From: the human T2T-CHM13v2.0 reference genome, Homo sapiens
Assembly (NCBI RefSeq): GCF_009914755.1
Contig: NC_060925.1
Direction: 5' to 3' (one strand)
DNA: 64,000 nucleotides
The notes under the pieces are model-generated. The model did not search any database and had not been told where the DNA came from. It saw nothing but the letters and a program-made list of their open reading frames with translations. Position 1 is the first letter of the stretch, and each line of letters begins with the position of its first letter. Shown in pieces: positions 1 through 13,500 of the stretch. Made by a program: the position numbers and the translations under genes.

Positions 1-1319
1 TCAATTCCGTTCAATGATTCCATTAGATTCCATTTGATGATGATTCCATTCGATTCCATTTGATGATGATTCCATGCGATTCCATTAGATGATGACTCCT
101 TTATTTTCCATTCAATGAGTATTCCATTCGGTTCCATTTGATGATGATTCCTTTGAATTCCGTTTGATGACAATTCAATTCAATACCAATTGATGATGTT
201 TATTTTTGATTCCATTTGATGATGATTACATTCGATTCCATTTGATCATGATTCCATTCGATTCCACTCGATGATTCCATTCGATTCCATTCAATGATTA
301 TTCCACTTGAGTCGATTCGATGACTCCATTCGATTGTATTCGATGGTGATTGAATTCGAGTCCATGGATTAATCCATTGCATTCCATTCAATGATTCCAT
401 TCGAGTCCATTCGATGATTCTATTCGATTACATTCGATAATTCCATTCGATTGCATTCGATAAATCCATTTGATTCCATTTGAGGATAATTCCTTTTGAG
501 TCCATTCGATGATTGTTCCATTCGATTCTATTCGGTGATTCCATTCGACTTCATTTGATAATGATTCCATTCGAGACCATTCGATGATTCTATTCAATTC
601 CATTCAATAATGATTCCATTCGAGTCCATTCAACGATTCCATTCAAGTCCATTCGATGATTCCATCTGATTCCATTCAATGAATCCATGCGATTCCATTC
701 TATGATGATTCCATTCATTTCCATCTGATGATGATTCCTTTCGATTCCATTCAATGATTCCTTTCGATTCCATTTGATGATGATTTCAATCAATTTCATT
801 CGATGATTCCATTCGAATCCATTCGATGATGAGTCCATCCATTTCTATTTCATGATAATTCCATTCGTTTCAATTCGATGGTGTTTCCATTCGATTCCAT
901 TCGATGTTGATTCCATTAGTTTCCATTGGATGATGATTCCATTCGAGTCCATTCGATGATGATCACAATGGATTTCATTCCGTAATTCTATTCGATTCCA
1001 TTTGATGATGATTCCATCTGATTCCATTTGATGATTCCATTCGTTTCCATCCGATGATGATTCCATTCGATTCCGTTCAATGATTATTCCATTCGAGTCC
1101 ATTCGATGATTCCATTCGATTCCATTCGCTGATGATTGCATTCGAGTCCATGGATTCTTCCATTCCATTCCATTAGATGATTCCATTCGAGCCCATTCGA
1201 TGATTCTCTTCGATTCCATTGGATAATTCCGTTTGATTCCGTTTGATGTTGATTCCATTCGAGTCCATTCGATGATAATTCCATTCGATTCTATGCGATG
1301 ATTCCATTCCATTCCATTT

Positions 1320-2641
1320 GGAGGTGGTTCCATTCGAGACCATTCGTTGATTGCATTCAATTCATTCGATGACCATTCCATTCAATTCCGTTCAATTATT
1401 CCATTAGATTCCATTTGATGATGATTCCATTCGATTCCATTTGATGATGATTCCATGCGATTCCATTAGATGATGACTCCTTTCATTTCCATTCAATGAG
1501 GATTCCATTCGGTTCCATTTGATGATGATTCCTTTCAATTCCGTTTGATGACAATTCCATTCAATACCAATAGATGATGGTTATTTTTGATTCCATTTGA
1601 TGATGATTACTTTCGATTCCATTTGATCATGATTCCATTCGATTCCACTTGATGATTCCATTCAATGATGATTCCATTCGAGTTCATTGACTATTCCATT
1701 CCATTTCAATCGATGATTCCTTTCAAGTCCATTCGATGATTCTATTCGATTGCATTCGATTATTCCATTCGATTGCATTCGATAATTCCATTCGATTCCA
1801 TTTGAGGATAATTCCATTTGAGTCCATTCGATGATTGTTCCATTCGATTCTATTCGGTGATTCCATTCTATTCCATTTGATAATGATTCCATTCGCGACC
1901 ATTCGATGATTCCATTCAATTCCATTCAATAATGATTCCATTCGAGTCCATTCAATGATTCCATTCAAGTCCATTCGATGATTCCATCTGATTCCATTCA
2001 ATGAATCCATTCGATTCCATTCTATGATGATTCCATTCATTTCCATCTGATGATGATTCCACTCGATTCCATTCAATGATTCCATTCGATTCCATTTGAT
2101 GATGATTTCAATCAATTTCATTCGATGATTCCATTCGAATCCATTCGATGATGAGTCCATCCATTTCAATTTCATGATAATTCCATTCGTTTCAATTCGA
2201 TGGTGTTTCCATTCGATTCCATTCGATGTTGATTCCATTAGTTTCCATTGGATGATGATTCCATTCGAGTCCATTCAATGATTATCACAAAGGATTTCAT
2301 TCCATAATTCTATTCGATTCCATTTGATGATGATTCCATCTGATTCCATTTGATGATTCCATTCGTTTCCATCCGATGATGATTCCATTCGATTCCGTTC
2401 AATGATTATTCCATTCGAGTCCATTCGATGATTCCATTCGATTCCATTCGATGATGATTGCATTCGAGTCCATGGATTCTTCCATTCCATTCCATTAGAT
2501 GATTCCATTCCAGTCCATTCGATGATTCTCTTCGATTCCATTCGATAAATCCGTTTGATTCCGTTTGATGTTGATTCCATTCGAGTCCTTTCGATGATAA
2601 TTCCATTCGATTCTATGCGATGATTCCATTCCATTCCATTT
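1320..2641 (+). repeat. Representative 1322-bp HSat2 repeat unit (short/short allele); other units are 1319, 1348, 1381 or 1407 bp
   Basis: Landmark GGAG(G/A)(T/C)GG at 1320, 2642, 3990, 5651, 7032, 8439, 9846, 11227, 12634, 14041, 15422, 16829 and onward to 63670. Spacings are mostly 1319, 1322, 1348, 1381 or 1407. Other once-per-unit motifs (AATACCAAT, TTTCAATCAATTTC, GATCACA) follow the same spacing. Confidence 0.93.
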
Positions 2642-4569
2642 GGAGGCGGTTCCATTCGAGACCATTCGTTGATTGCATTCAATTCATTCGATGACGATTC
2701 CATTCAATTCCGTTCAATGATTCCATTAGATTCCATTTGATGATGATTCCATTCGATTCCATTTGATGATGATTCCATGCGATTCCATTAGATGATGACT
2801 CCTTTCATTTCCATTCAATGAGGATTCCATTCGGTTCCATTTGATGATGATTCCTTTCAATTCCGTTTGATGACAATTCCATTCAATACCAATTGATGAT
2901 GGTTATTTTTGATTCCATTTGATGATGATTACTTTCGATTCCATTTGATCATGATTCCATTCGATTCCACTCGATGATTCCATTCAATGATGATTCCATT
3001 CGAGTTCATTGACTATTCCATTCCATTTCAATCGATGATTCCTTTCAAGTCCATTCGATGATTCTATTCGATTGCATTCGATTATTCCATTCGATTGCAT
3101 TCGATAATTCCATTCGATTCCATTTGAGGATAATTCCATTTGAGTCCATTCGATGATTGTTCCATTCGATTCTATTCGGTGATTCCATTCGACTTCATTT
3201 GATAATGATTCCATTTGAGACCATTCGATGATTCTATTCAATTCCATTCAATAATGATTCCATTCGAGTCCATTCAACGATTCCATTCAAGTCCATTCGA
3301 TGATTCCATCTGATTCCATTCAATGAATCCATTCGATTCCATTCTATGATGATTCCACTCATTTCCATCTGATGATGATTCCATTCGATTCCATTCAATG
3401 ATTCCTTTCGATTCCATTTGATGATGATTTCAATCAATTTCATTCGATGATTCCATTCGAATCCATTCGATGATGAGTCCATCCATTTCAATTTCATGAT
3501 AATTCCATTCGTTTCAATTCGATGGTGTTTCCATTCGATTGCATTCGATGTTGATTCCATTAGTTTCCATTGGATGATGATTCCATTCGAGAACATTCAA
3601 TGATGATCACATTGGATTTCATTCCATAATTCTATTCGATTCCATTTGATGATGATTCCATCTGATTCCATTTGATGATCCCATTCGATTCCATTCGATG
3701 ATGATTCCATTCGTTTCCATCCAATGATGATTCCATTCGATTCCGTTCAATGATTATTCCATTCGAGTCCATTCGATGATTCCATTCGATTCCATTCGAT
3801 GATGATTGCATTCGGGTCCATGGATTCTTCCATTCCATTCCATTAGATGATTCCATTCGAGTCCGTTCGATGATTCTCTTCGATTCCATTCGATAATTCC
3901 ATTTGATTCCGTTTGATGTTGATTCCATTCGAGTCCATTCGATGATAATTCCATTCGATTCTATGTGATGATTCCATTCCATTCCATTTGGAGATGGTTC
4001 CATTCGAGACCATTCGTTGATTGCATTCAATTCATTCGATGACGATTCCATTCAATTCCGTTCAATGATTCCATTAGATTCCATTTGATGATGATTCCAT
4101 TCGATTCCATTTGATGATGATTCCATGCGATTCCATTAGATGATGACTCCTTTATTTTCCATTCAATGAGGATTGCATTCGGTTCCATTTGATGATGATT
4201 CCTTTGAATTCCGTTTGATGACAATTCAATTCAATACCAATTGATGATGGTTATTTTTGATTCCATTTGAAGATGATTACTTTCGATTCCATTTGATCAT
4301 GATTCCATTCGATTCCACTCGATGATTGCATTCAATGATGATTCCATTCGAGTTCATTGACTATTCCATTCCATTTCAATCGATGATTCCTTTCAAGTCC
4401 ATTCGATGATTCTATTCGATTGCATTCGATTATTCCATTCGATTGCATTCGATAATTCCATTCGATTCCATTTGAGGATAATTCCATTTGAGTCCATTCG
4501 ATGATTGTTCCATTCGATTCTATTCGGTGATTCCATTCGATTCCATTTGATAATGATTCCATTCGATTC

Positions 4570-7500
4570 CACTCGATGATTCCATTCGATTCCATTCAAT
4601 GATTATTCCATTTGAGTCGATTCGATGACTCCATTCGATTGTATTCGATGGTGATTGAATTCGAGTCCATGGATTAATCCATTGCATTCCATTCGATGAT
4701 TCCATTCGAGTCCATTCGATGATTCTATTCGATTGCATTCGATAATTCCATTCGATTGCATTCGATAAATCCATTTGATTCCATTTGAGGATAATTCCAT
4801 TTGAGTCCATTCGATGATTGTTCCATTCGATTCTATTCGGTGATTCCATTCGACTTCATTTGATAATGATTCCATTCGAGACCATTCGATGATTCTATTC
4901 AATTCCATTCAATAATGATTCCATTCGAGTCCATTCAACGATTCCATTCAAGTCCATTCGATGATTCCATTTGATTCCATTCAATGAATCCATGTGATTC
5001 CATTCTATGATGATTCCATTCATTTCCATCTGATGATGATTCCATTCGATTCCATTCAATGATTCCTTTCGATTCCATTTGATGATGATTTCAATCAATT
5101 TCATTCGATGATTCCATTCGAATCCATTCGATGATGAGTCCATCCATTTCAATTTCATGACAATTCCATTCGTTTCAATTCGATGGTGTTTCCATTCGAT
5201 TGCACTCGATGTTGATTCCATTAGTTTCCATTGGATGATGATTCCATTCGAGTCCATTCAATGATGATCACATTGGATTTCATTCCATAATTCTATTCGA
5301 TTCCATTTGATGATGATTCCATCTGATTCCATTTGATGATCCCATTCGATTCCATTCGATGATGATTCCATTCGTTTCCATCCAATGATGATTCCATTCG
5401 ATTCCGTTCAATGATTATTTCATTCGAGTCCATTCGATGATTCCATTCGATTCCATTCGATGATGATTGCATTCGGGTCCATGGATTCTTCCATTCCATT
5501 CCATTAGATGATTCCATTCGAGTCCGTTCGATGATTCTCTTCGATTCCATTCGATAATTCCGTTTGATTCCGTTTGATGTTGATTCCATTCGAGTCCATT
5601 CGATGATAATTCCATTCGATTCTATGTGATGATTCCATTCCATTCCATTTGGAGATGGTTCCATTCGAGACCATTCGTTGATTGCATTCAATTCATTCGA
5701 TGACGATTCCATTCAATTCCGTTCAATGATTCCATTAGATTCCATTTGATGATGATTCCATTCGATTCCATTTGATGATGATTCCATGCGATTCCATTAG
5801 ATGATGACTCCTTTATTTTCCATTCAATGAGGATTCCATTCGGTTCCATTTGATGATGATTCCTTTGAATTCCGTTTGATGACAATTCAATTCAATACCA
5901 ATTGATGATGTTTATTTTTGATTCCATTTGATGATGATTACATTCGATTCCATTTCATCATGATTCCATTCGATTCCACTCGATGATTCCATTCGATTCC
6001 ATTCAATGATTATTCCACTTGAGTCGATTCGATGACTCCATTCGATTGTATTCGATGGTGATTGAATTCGAGTCCATGGATTAATCCATTGCATTCCATT
6101 CGATGATTCCATTCGAGTCCATTCGATGATTCTATTCGATTACATTCGATAATTCCATGCGATTGCATTCGATAAATCCATTTGATTCCATTTGAGGATA
6201 ATTCCTTTTGAGTCCATTCGATGATTGTTCCATTCGATTCTATTCGGTGATTCCATTCGACTTCATTTGATAATGATTCCATTCGAGACCATTCGATGAT
6301 TCTATTCAATTCCATTCAATAATGATTCCATTCGAGTCCATTCAACGATTCCATTCAAGTCCATTCGATGATTCCATCTGATTCCATTCAATGAATCCAT
6401 GCGATTCCAATCTATGATGATTCCATTCATTTCCATCTGATGATGATTCCTTTCGATTCCATTCAATGATTCCTTTCGATTCCATTTGATGATGATTTCA
6501 ATCAATTTCATTCGATGATTCCATTAGAATCCATTCGATGATGAGTCCATCCATTTCAATTTCATGATAATTCCATTCGTTTCAATTCGATGGTGTTTCC
6601 ATTCGATTCCATTCGATGTTGATTCCATTAGTTTCCATTGGATGATGATTCCATTCGAGTCCATTCGATGATGATCACAATGGATTTCATTCCGTAATTC
6701 TATTCGATTCCATTTGATGACGATTCCTTCTGATTCCATTTGATGATTCCATTCGTTTCCATCCGATGATGATTCCATTCGATTCCGTTCAATGATTATT
6801 CCATTCGAGTCCATTCGATGATTCCATTCGATTCCATTCGCTGATGATTGCATTCGATTCCATGGATTCTTCCATTCCATTCCATTAGATGATTCCATTC
6901 GAGTCCATTCGATGATTCTCTTCGATTCCATTCGATAATTCCGTTTGATTCCGTTTGATGTTGATTCCATTCGAGTCCATTCGATGATAATTCCATTCGA
7001 TTCTATGCGATGATTCCATTCCATTCCATTTGGAGGTGGTTGCATTCGAGACCATTCGTTGATTGCATTCAATTCATTCGATGACCATTCCATTCAATTC
7101 CGTTCAATGATTCCATTAGATTCCATTTGATGATGATTCCATTCGATTCCATTTGATGATGATTCCATGCGATTCCATTAGATGATGACTCCTTTCATTT
7201 CCATTCAATGAGGATTCCATTCGGTTCCATTTGATGATGATTCCTTTGAATTCCATTTGATGACAATTCCATTCAATACCAATTGATGATGTTTATTTTT
7301 GATTCCATTTGATGATGATTACATTCGATTCCATTTGATCATGATTCCATTCGATTCCACTCGATGATTCCATTCGATTCCATTCAATGATTATTCCATT
7401 TGAGTCGATTCGATGACTCCATTCGATTGTATTCGATGGTGATTGAATTCGAGTCCATGGATTAATCCATTGCATTCCATTCGATGATTCCATTCGAGTC

Positions 7501-10500
7501 CATTCGATGATTCTATTCGATTGCATTCGATAATTCCATTCGATTGCATTCGATAAATCCATTTGATTCCATTTGAGGATAATTCCATTTGAGTCCATTC
7601 GATGATTGTTCCATTCGATTCTATTCGGTGATTCCATTCGACTTCATTTGATAATGATTCCATTCGAGACCATTCGATGATTCTATTCAATTCCATTCAA
7701 TAATGATTCCATTCGAGTCCATTCAACGATTCCATTCAAGTCCATTCGATGATTCCATTTGATTCCATTCAATGAATCCATGTGATTCCATTCTATGATG
7801 ATTCCATTCATTTCCATCTGATGATGATTCCATTCGATTCCATTCAATGATTCCTTTCGATTCCATTTGATGATGATTTCAATCAATTTCATTCGATGAT
7901 TCCATTCGAATCCATTCGATGATGAGTCCATCCATTTCAATTTCATGACAATTCCATTCGTTTCAATTCGATGGTGTTTCCATTCGATTGCACTCGATGT
8001 TGATTCCATTAGTTTCCATTGGATGATGATTCCATTCGAGTCCATTCAATGATGATCACATTGGATTTCATTCCATAATTCTATTCGATTCCATTTGATG
8101 ATGATTCCATCTGATTCCATTTGATGATCCCATTCGATTCCATTCGATGATGATTCCATTCGTTTCCATCCAATGATGATTCCATTCGATTCCGTTCAAT
8201 GATTATTTCATTCGAGTCCATTCGATGATTCCATTCGATTCCATTCGATGATGATTGCATTCGGGTCCATGGATTCTTCCATTCCATTCCATTAGATGAT
8301 TCCATTCGAGTCCGTTCGATGATTCTCTTCTATTCCATTCGATAATTCCGTTTGATTCCGTTTGATGTTGATTCCATTCGAGTCCATTCGATGATAATTC
8401 CATTCGATTCTATGTGATGATTCCATTCCATTCCATTTGGAGATGGTTCCATTCGAGACCATTCGTTGATTGCATTCAATTCATTCGATGACGATTCCAT
8501 TCAATTCCGTTCAATGATTCCATTAGATTCCATTTGATGATGATTCCATTCGATTCCATTTGATGATGATTCCATGCGATTCCATTAGATGATGACTCCT
8601 TTCATTTCCATTCAATGAGGATTCCATTCGGTTCCATTTGATGATGATTCCTTTGAATTCCATTTGATGACAATTCCATTCAATACCAATTGATGATGTT
8701 TATTTTTGATTCCATTTGATGATGATTACATTCGATTCCATTTGATCATGATTCCATTCGATTCCACTCGATGATTCCATTCGATTCCATTCAATGATTA
8801 TTCCATTTGAGTCAATTCGATGACTCCATTCGATTGTATTCGATGGTGATTGAATTCGAGTCCATGGATTAATCCATTGCATTCCATTCGATGATTCCAT
8901 TCGAGTCCATTCGATGATTCTATTCGATTGCATTCGATAATTCCATTCGATTGCATTCGATAAATCCATTTGATTCCATTTGAGGATAATTCCATTTGAG
9001 TCCATTCGATGATTGTTCCATTCGATTCTATTCGGTGATTCCATTCGACTTCATTTGATAATGATTCCATTCGAGACCATTCGATGATTCTATTCAATTC
9101 CATTCAATAATGATTCCATTCGAGTCCATTCAACGATTCCATTCAAGTCCATTCGATGATTCCATTTGATTCCATTCAATGAATCCATGTGATTCCATTC
9201 TATGATGATTCCATTCATTTCCATCTGATGATGATTCCATTCGATTCCATTCAATGATTCCTTTCGATTCCATTTGATGATGATTTCAATCAATTTCATT
9301 CGATGATTCCATTCGAATCCATTCGATGATGAGTCCATCCATTTCAATTTCATGACAATTCCATTCGTTTCAATTCGATGGTGTTTCCATTCGATTGCAC
9401 TCGATGTTGATTCCATTAGTTTCCATTGGATGATGATTCCATTCGAGTCCATTCAATGATGATCACATTGGATTTCATTCCATAATTCTATTCGATTCCA
9501 TTTGATGATGATTCCATCTGATTCCATTTGATGATCCCATTCGATTCCATTCGATGATGATTCCATTCGTTTCCATCCAATGATGATTCCATTCGATTCC
9601 GTTCAATGATTATTTCATTCGAGTCCATTCGATGATTCCATTCGATTCCATTCGATGATGATTGCATTCGGGTCCATGGATTCTTCCATTCCATTCCATT
9701 AGATGATTCCATTCGAGTCCGTTCGATGATTCTCTTCGATTCCATTCGATAATTCCGTTTGATTCCGTTTGATGTTGATTCCATTCGAGTCCATTCGATG
9801 ATAATTCAATTCGATTCTATGTGATGATTCCATTCCATTCCATTTGGAGATGGTTCCATTCGAGACCATTCGTTGATTGCATTCAATTCATTCGATGACG
9901 ATTCCATTCAATTCCGTTCAATGATTCCATTAGATTCCATTTGATGATGATTCCATTCGATTCCATTTGATGATGATTCCATGCGATTCCATTAGATGAT
10001 GACTCCTTTATTTTCCATTCAATGAGGATTCCATTCGGTTCCATTTGATGATGATTCCTTTGAATTCCGTTTGATGACAATTCAATTCAATACCAATTGA
10101 TGATGTTTATTTTTGATTCCATTTGATGATGATTACATTCGATTCCATTTGATCATGATTCCATTCGATTCCACTCGATGATTCCATTCGATTCCATTCA
10201 ATGATTATTCCACTTGAGTCGATTCGATGACTCCATTCGATTGTATTCGATGGTGATTGAATTCGAGTCCATGGATTAATCCATTGCATTCCATTCGATG
10301 ATTCCATTCGAGTCCATTCGATGATTCTATTCGATTACATTCGATAATTCCATGCGATTGCATTCGATAAATCCATTTGATTCCATTTGAGGATAATTCC
10401 TTTTGAGTCCATTCGATGATTGTTCCATTCGATTCTATTCGGTGATTCCATTCGACTTCATTTGATAATGATTCCATTCGAGACCATTCGATGATTCTAT

Positions 10501-13500
10501 TCAATTCCATTCAATAATGATTCCATTCGAGTCCATTCAACGATTCCATTCAAGTCCATTCGATGATTCCATCTGATTCCATTCAATGAATCCATGCGAT
10601 TCCAATCTATGATGACTCCATTCATTTCCATCTGATGATGATTCCTTTCGATTCCATTCAATGATTCCTTTCGATTCCATTTGATGATGATTTCAATCAA
10701 TTTCATTCGATGATTCCATTCGAATCCATTCGATGATGAGTCCATCCATTTCAATTTCATGATAATTCCATTCGTTTCAATTCGATGGTGTTTCCATTCG
10801 ATTCCATTCGATGTTGATTCCATTAGTTTCCATTGGATGATGATTCCATTCGAGTCCATTCGATGATGATCACAATGGATTTCATTCCGTAATTCTATTC
10901 GATTCCATTTGATGACGATTCCTTCTGATTCCATTTGATGATTCCATTCGTTTCCATCCGATGATGATTCCATTCGATTCCGTTCAATGATTATTCCATT
11001 CGAGTCCATTCGATGATTCCATTCGATTCCATTCGCTGATGATTGCATTCGAGTCAATGGATTCTTCCATTCCATTCCATTAGATGATTCCATTCGAGTC
11101 CATTCGATGATTCTCTTCGATTCCATTCGATAATTCCGTTTGATTCCGTTTGATGTTGATTCCATTCGAGTCCATTCGATGATAATTCCATTCGATTCTA
11201 TGCGATGATTCCATTCCATTCCATTTGGAGGTGGTTGCATTCGAGACCATTCGTTGATTGCATTCAATTCATTCGATGACCATTCCATTCAATTCCGTTC
11301 AATGATTCCATTAGATTCCATTTGATGATGATTCCATTCGATTCCATTTGATGATGATTCCATGCGATTCCATTAGATGATGACTCCTTTCATTTCCATT
11401 CAATGAGGATTCCATTCGGTTCCATTTGATGATGATTCCTTTGAATTCCATTTGATGACAATTCCATTCAATACCAATTGATGATGTTTATTTTTGATTC
11501 CATTTGATGATGATTACATTCGATTCCATTTGATCATGATTCCATTCGATTCCACTCGATGATTCCATTCGATTCCATTCAATGATTATTCCATTTGAGT
11601 CGATTCGATGACTCCATTCGATTGTATTCGATGGTGATTGAATTCGAGTCCATGGATTAATCCATTGCATTCCATTCGATGATTCCATTCGAGTCCATTC
11701 GATGATTCTATTCGATTGCATTCGATAATTCCATTCGATTGCATTCGATAAATCCATTTGATTCCATTTGAGGATAATTCCATTTGAGTCCATTCGATGA
11801 TTGTTCCATTCGATTCTATTCGGTGATTCCATTCGACTTCATTTGATAATGATTCCATTCGAGACCATTCGATGATTCTATTCAATTCCATTCAATAATG
11901 ATTCCATTCGAGTCCATTCAACGATTCCATTCAAGTCCATTCGATGATTCCATTTGATTCCATTCAATGAATCCATGTGATTCCATTCTATGATGATTCC
12001 ATTCATTTCCATCTGATGATGATTCCATTCGATTCCATTCAATGATTCCTTTCGATTCCATTTGATGATGATTTCAATCAATTTCATTCGATGATTCCAT
12101 TCGAATCCATTCGATGATGAGTCCATCCATTTCAATTTCATGACAATTCCATTCGTTTCAATTCGATGGTGTTTCCATTCGATTGCACTCGATGTTGATT
12201 CCATTAGTTTCCATTGGATGATGATTCCATTCGAGTCCATTCAATGATGATCACATTGGATTTCATTCCATAATTCTATTCGATTCCATTTGATGATGAT
12301 TCCATCTGATTCCATTTGATGATCCCATTCGATTCCATTCGATGATGATTCCATTCGTTTCCATCCAATGATGATTCCATTCGATTCCGTTCAATGATTA
12401 TTTCATTCGAGTCCATTCGATGATTCCATTCGATTCCATTCGATGATGATTGCATTCGGGTCCATGGATTCTTCCATTCCATTCCATTAGATGATTCCAT
12501 TCGAGTCCGTTCGATGATTCTCTTCTATTCCATTCGATAATTCCGTTTGATTCCGTTTGATGTTGATTCCATTCGAGTCCATTCGATGATAATTCCATTC
12601 GATTCTATGTGATGATTCCATTCCATTCCATTTGGAGATGGTTCCATTCGAGACCATTCGTTGATTGCATTCAATTCATTCGATGACGATTCCATTCAAT
12701 TCCGTTCAATGATTCCATTAGATTCCATTTGATGATGATTCCATTCGATTCCATTTGATGATGATTCCATGCGATTCCATTAGATGATGACTCCTTTCAT
12801 TTCCATTCAATGAGGATTCCATTCGGTTCCATTTGATGATGATTCCTTTGAATTCCATTTGATGACAATTCCATTCAATACCAATTGATGATGTTTATTT
12901 TTGATTCCATTTGATGATGATTACATTCGATTCCATTTGATCATGATTCCATTCGATTCCACTCGATGATTCCATTCGATTCCATTCAATGATTATTCCA
13001 TTTGAGTCAATTCGATGACTCCATTCGATTGTATTCGATGGTGATTGAATTCGAGTCCATGGATTAATCCATTGCATTCCATTCGATGATTCCATTCGAG
13101 TCCATTCGATGATTCTATTCGATTGCATTCGATAATTCCATTCGATTGCATTCGATAAATCCATTTGATTCCATTTGAGGATAATTCCATTTGAGTCCAT
13201 TCGATGATTGTTCCATTCGATTCTATTCGGTGATTCCATTCGACTTCATTTGATAATGATTCCATTCGAGACCATTCGATGATTCTATTCAATTCCATTC
13301 AATAATGATTCCATTCGAGTCCATTCAACGATTCCATTCAAGTCCATTCGATGATTCCATTTGATTCCATTCAATGAATCCATGTGATTCCATTCTATGA
13401 TGATTCCATTCATTTCCATCTGATGATGATTCCATTCGATTCCATTCAATGATTCCTTTCGATTCCATTTGATGATGATTTCAATCAATTTCATTCGATG

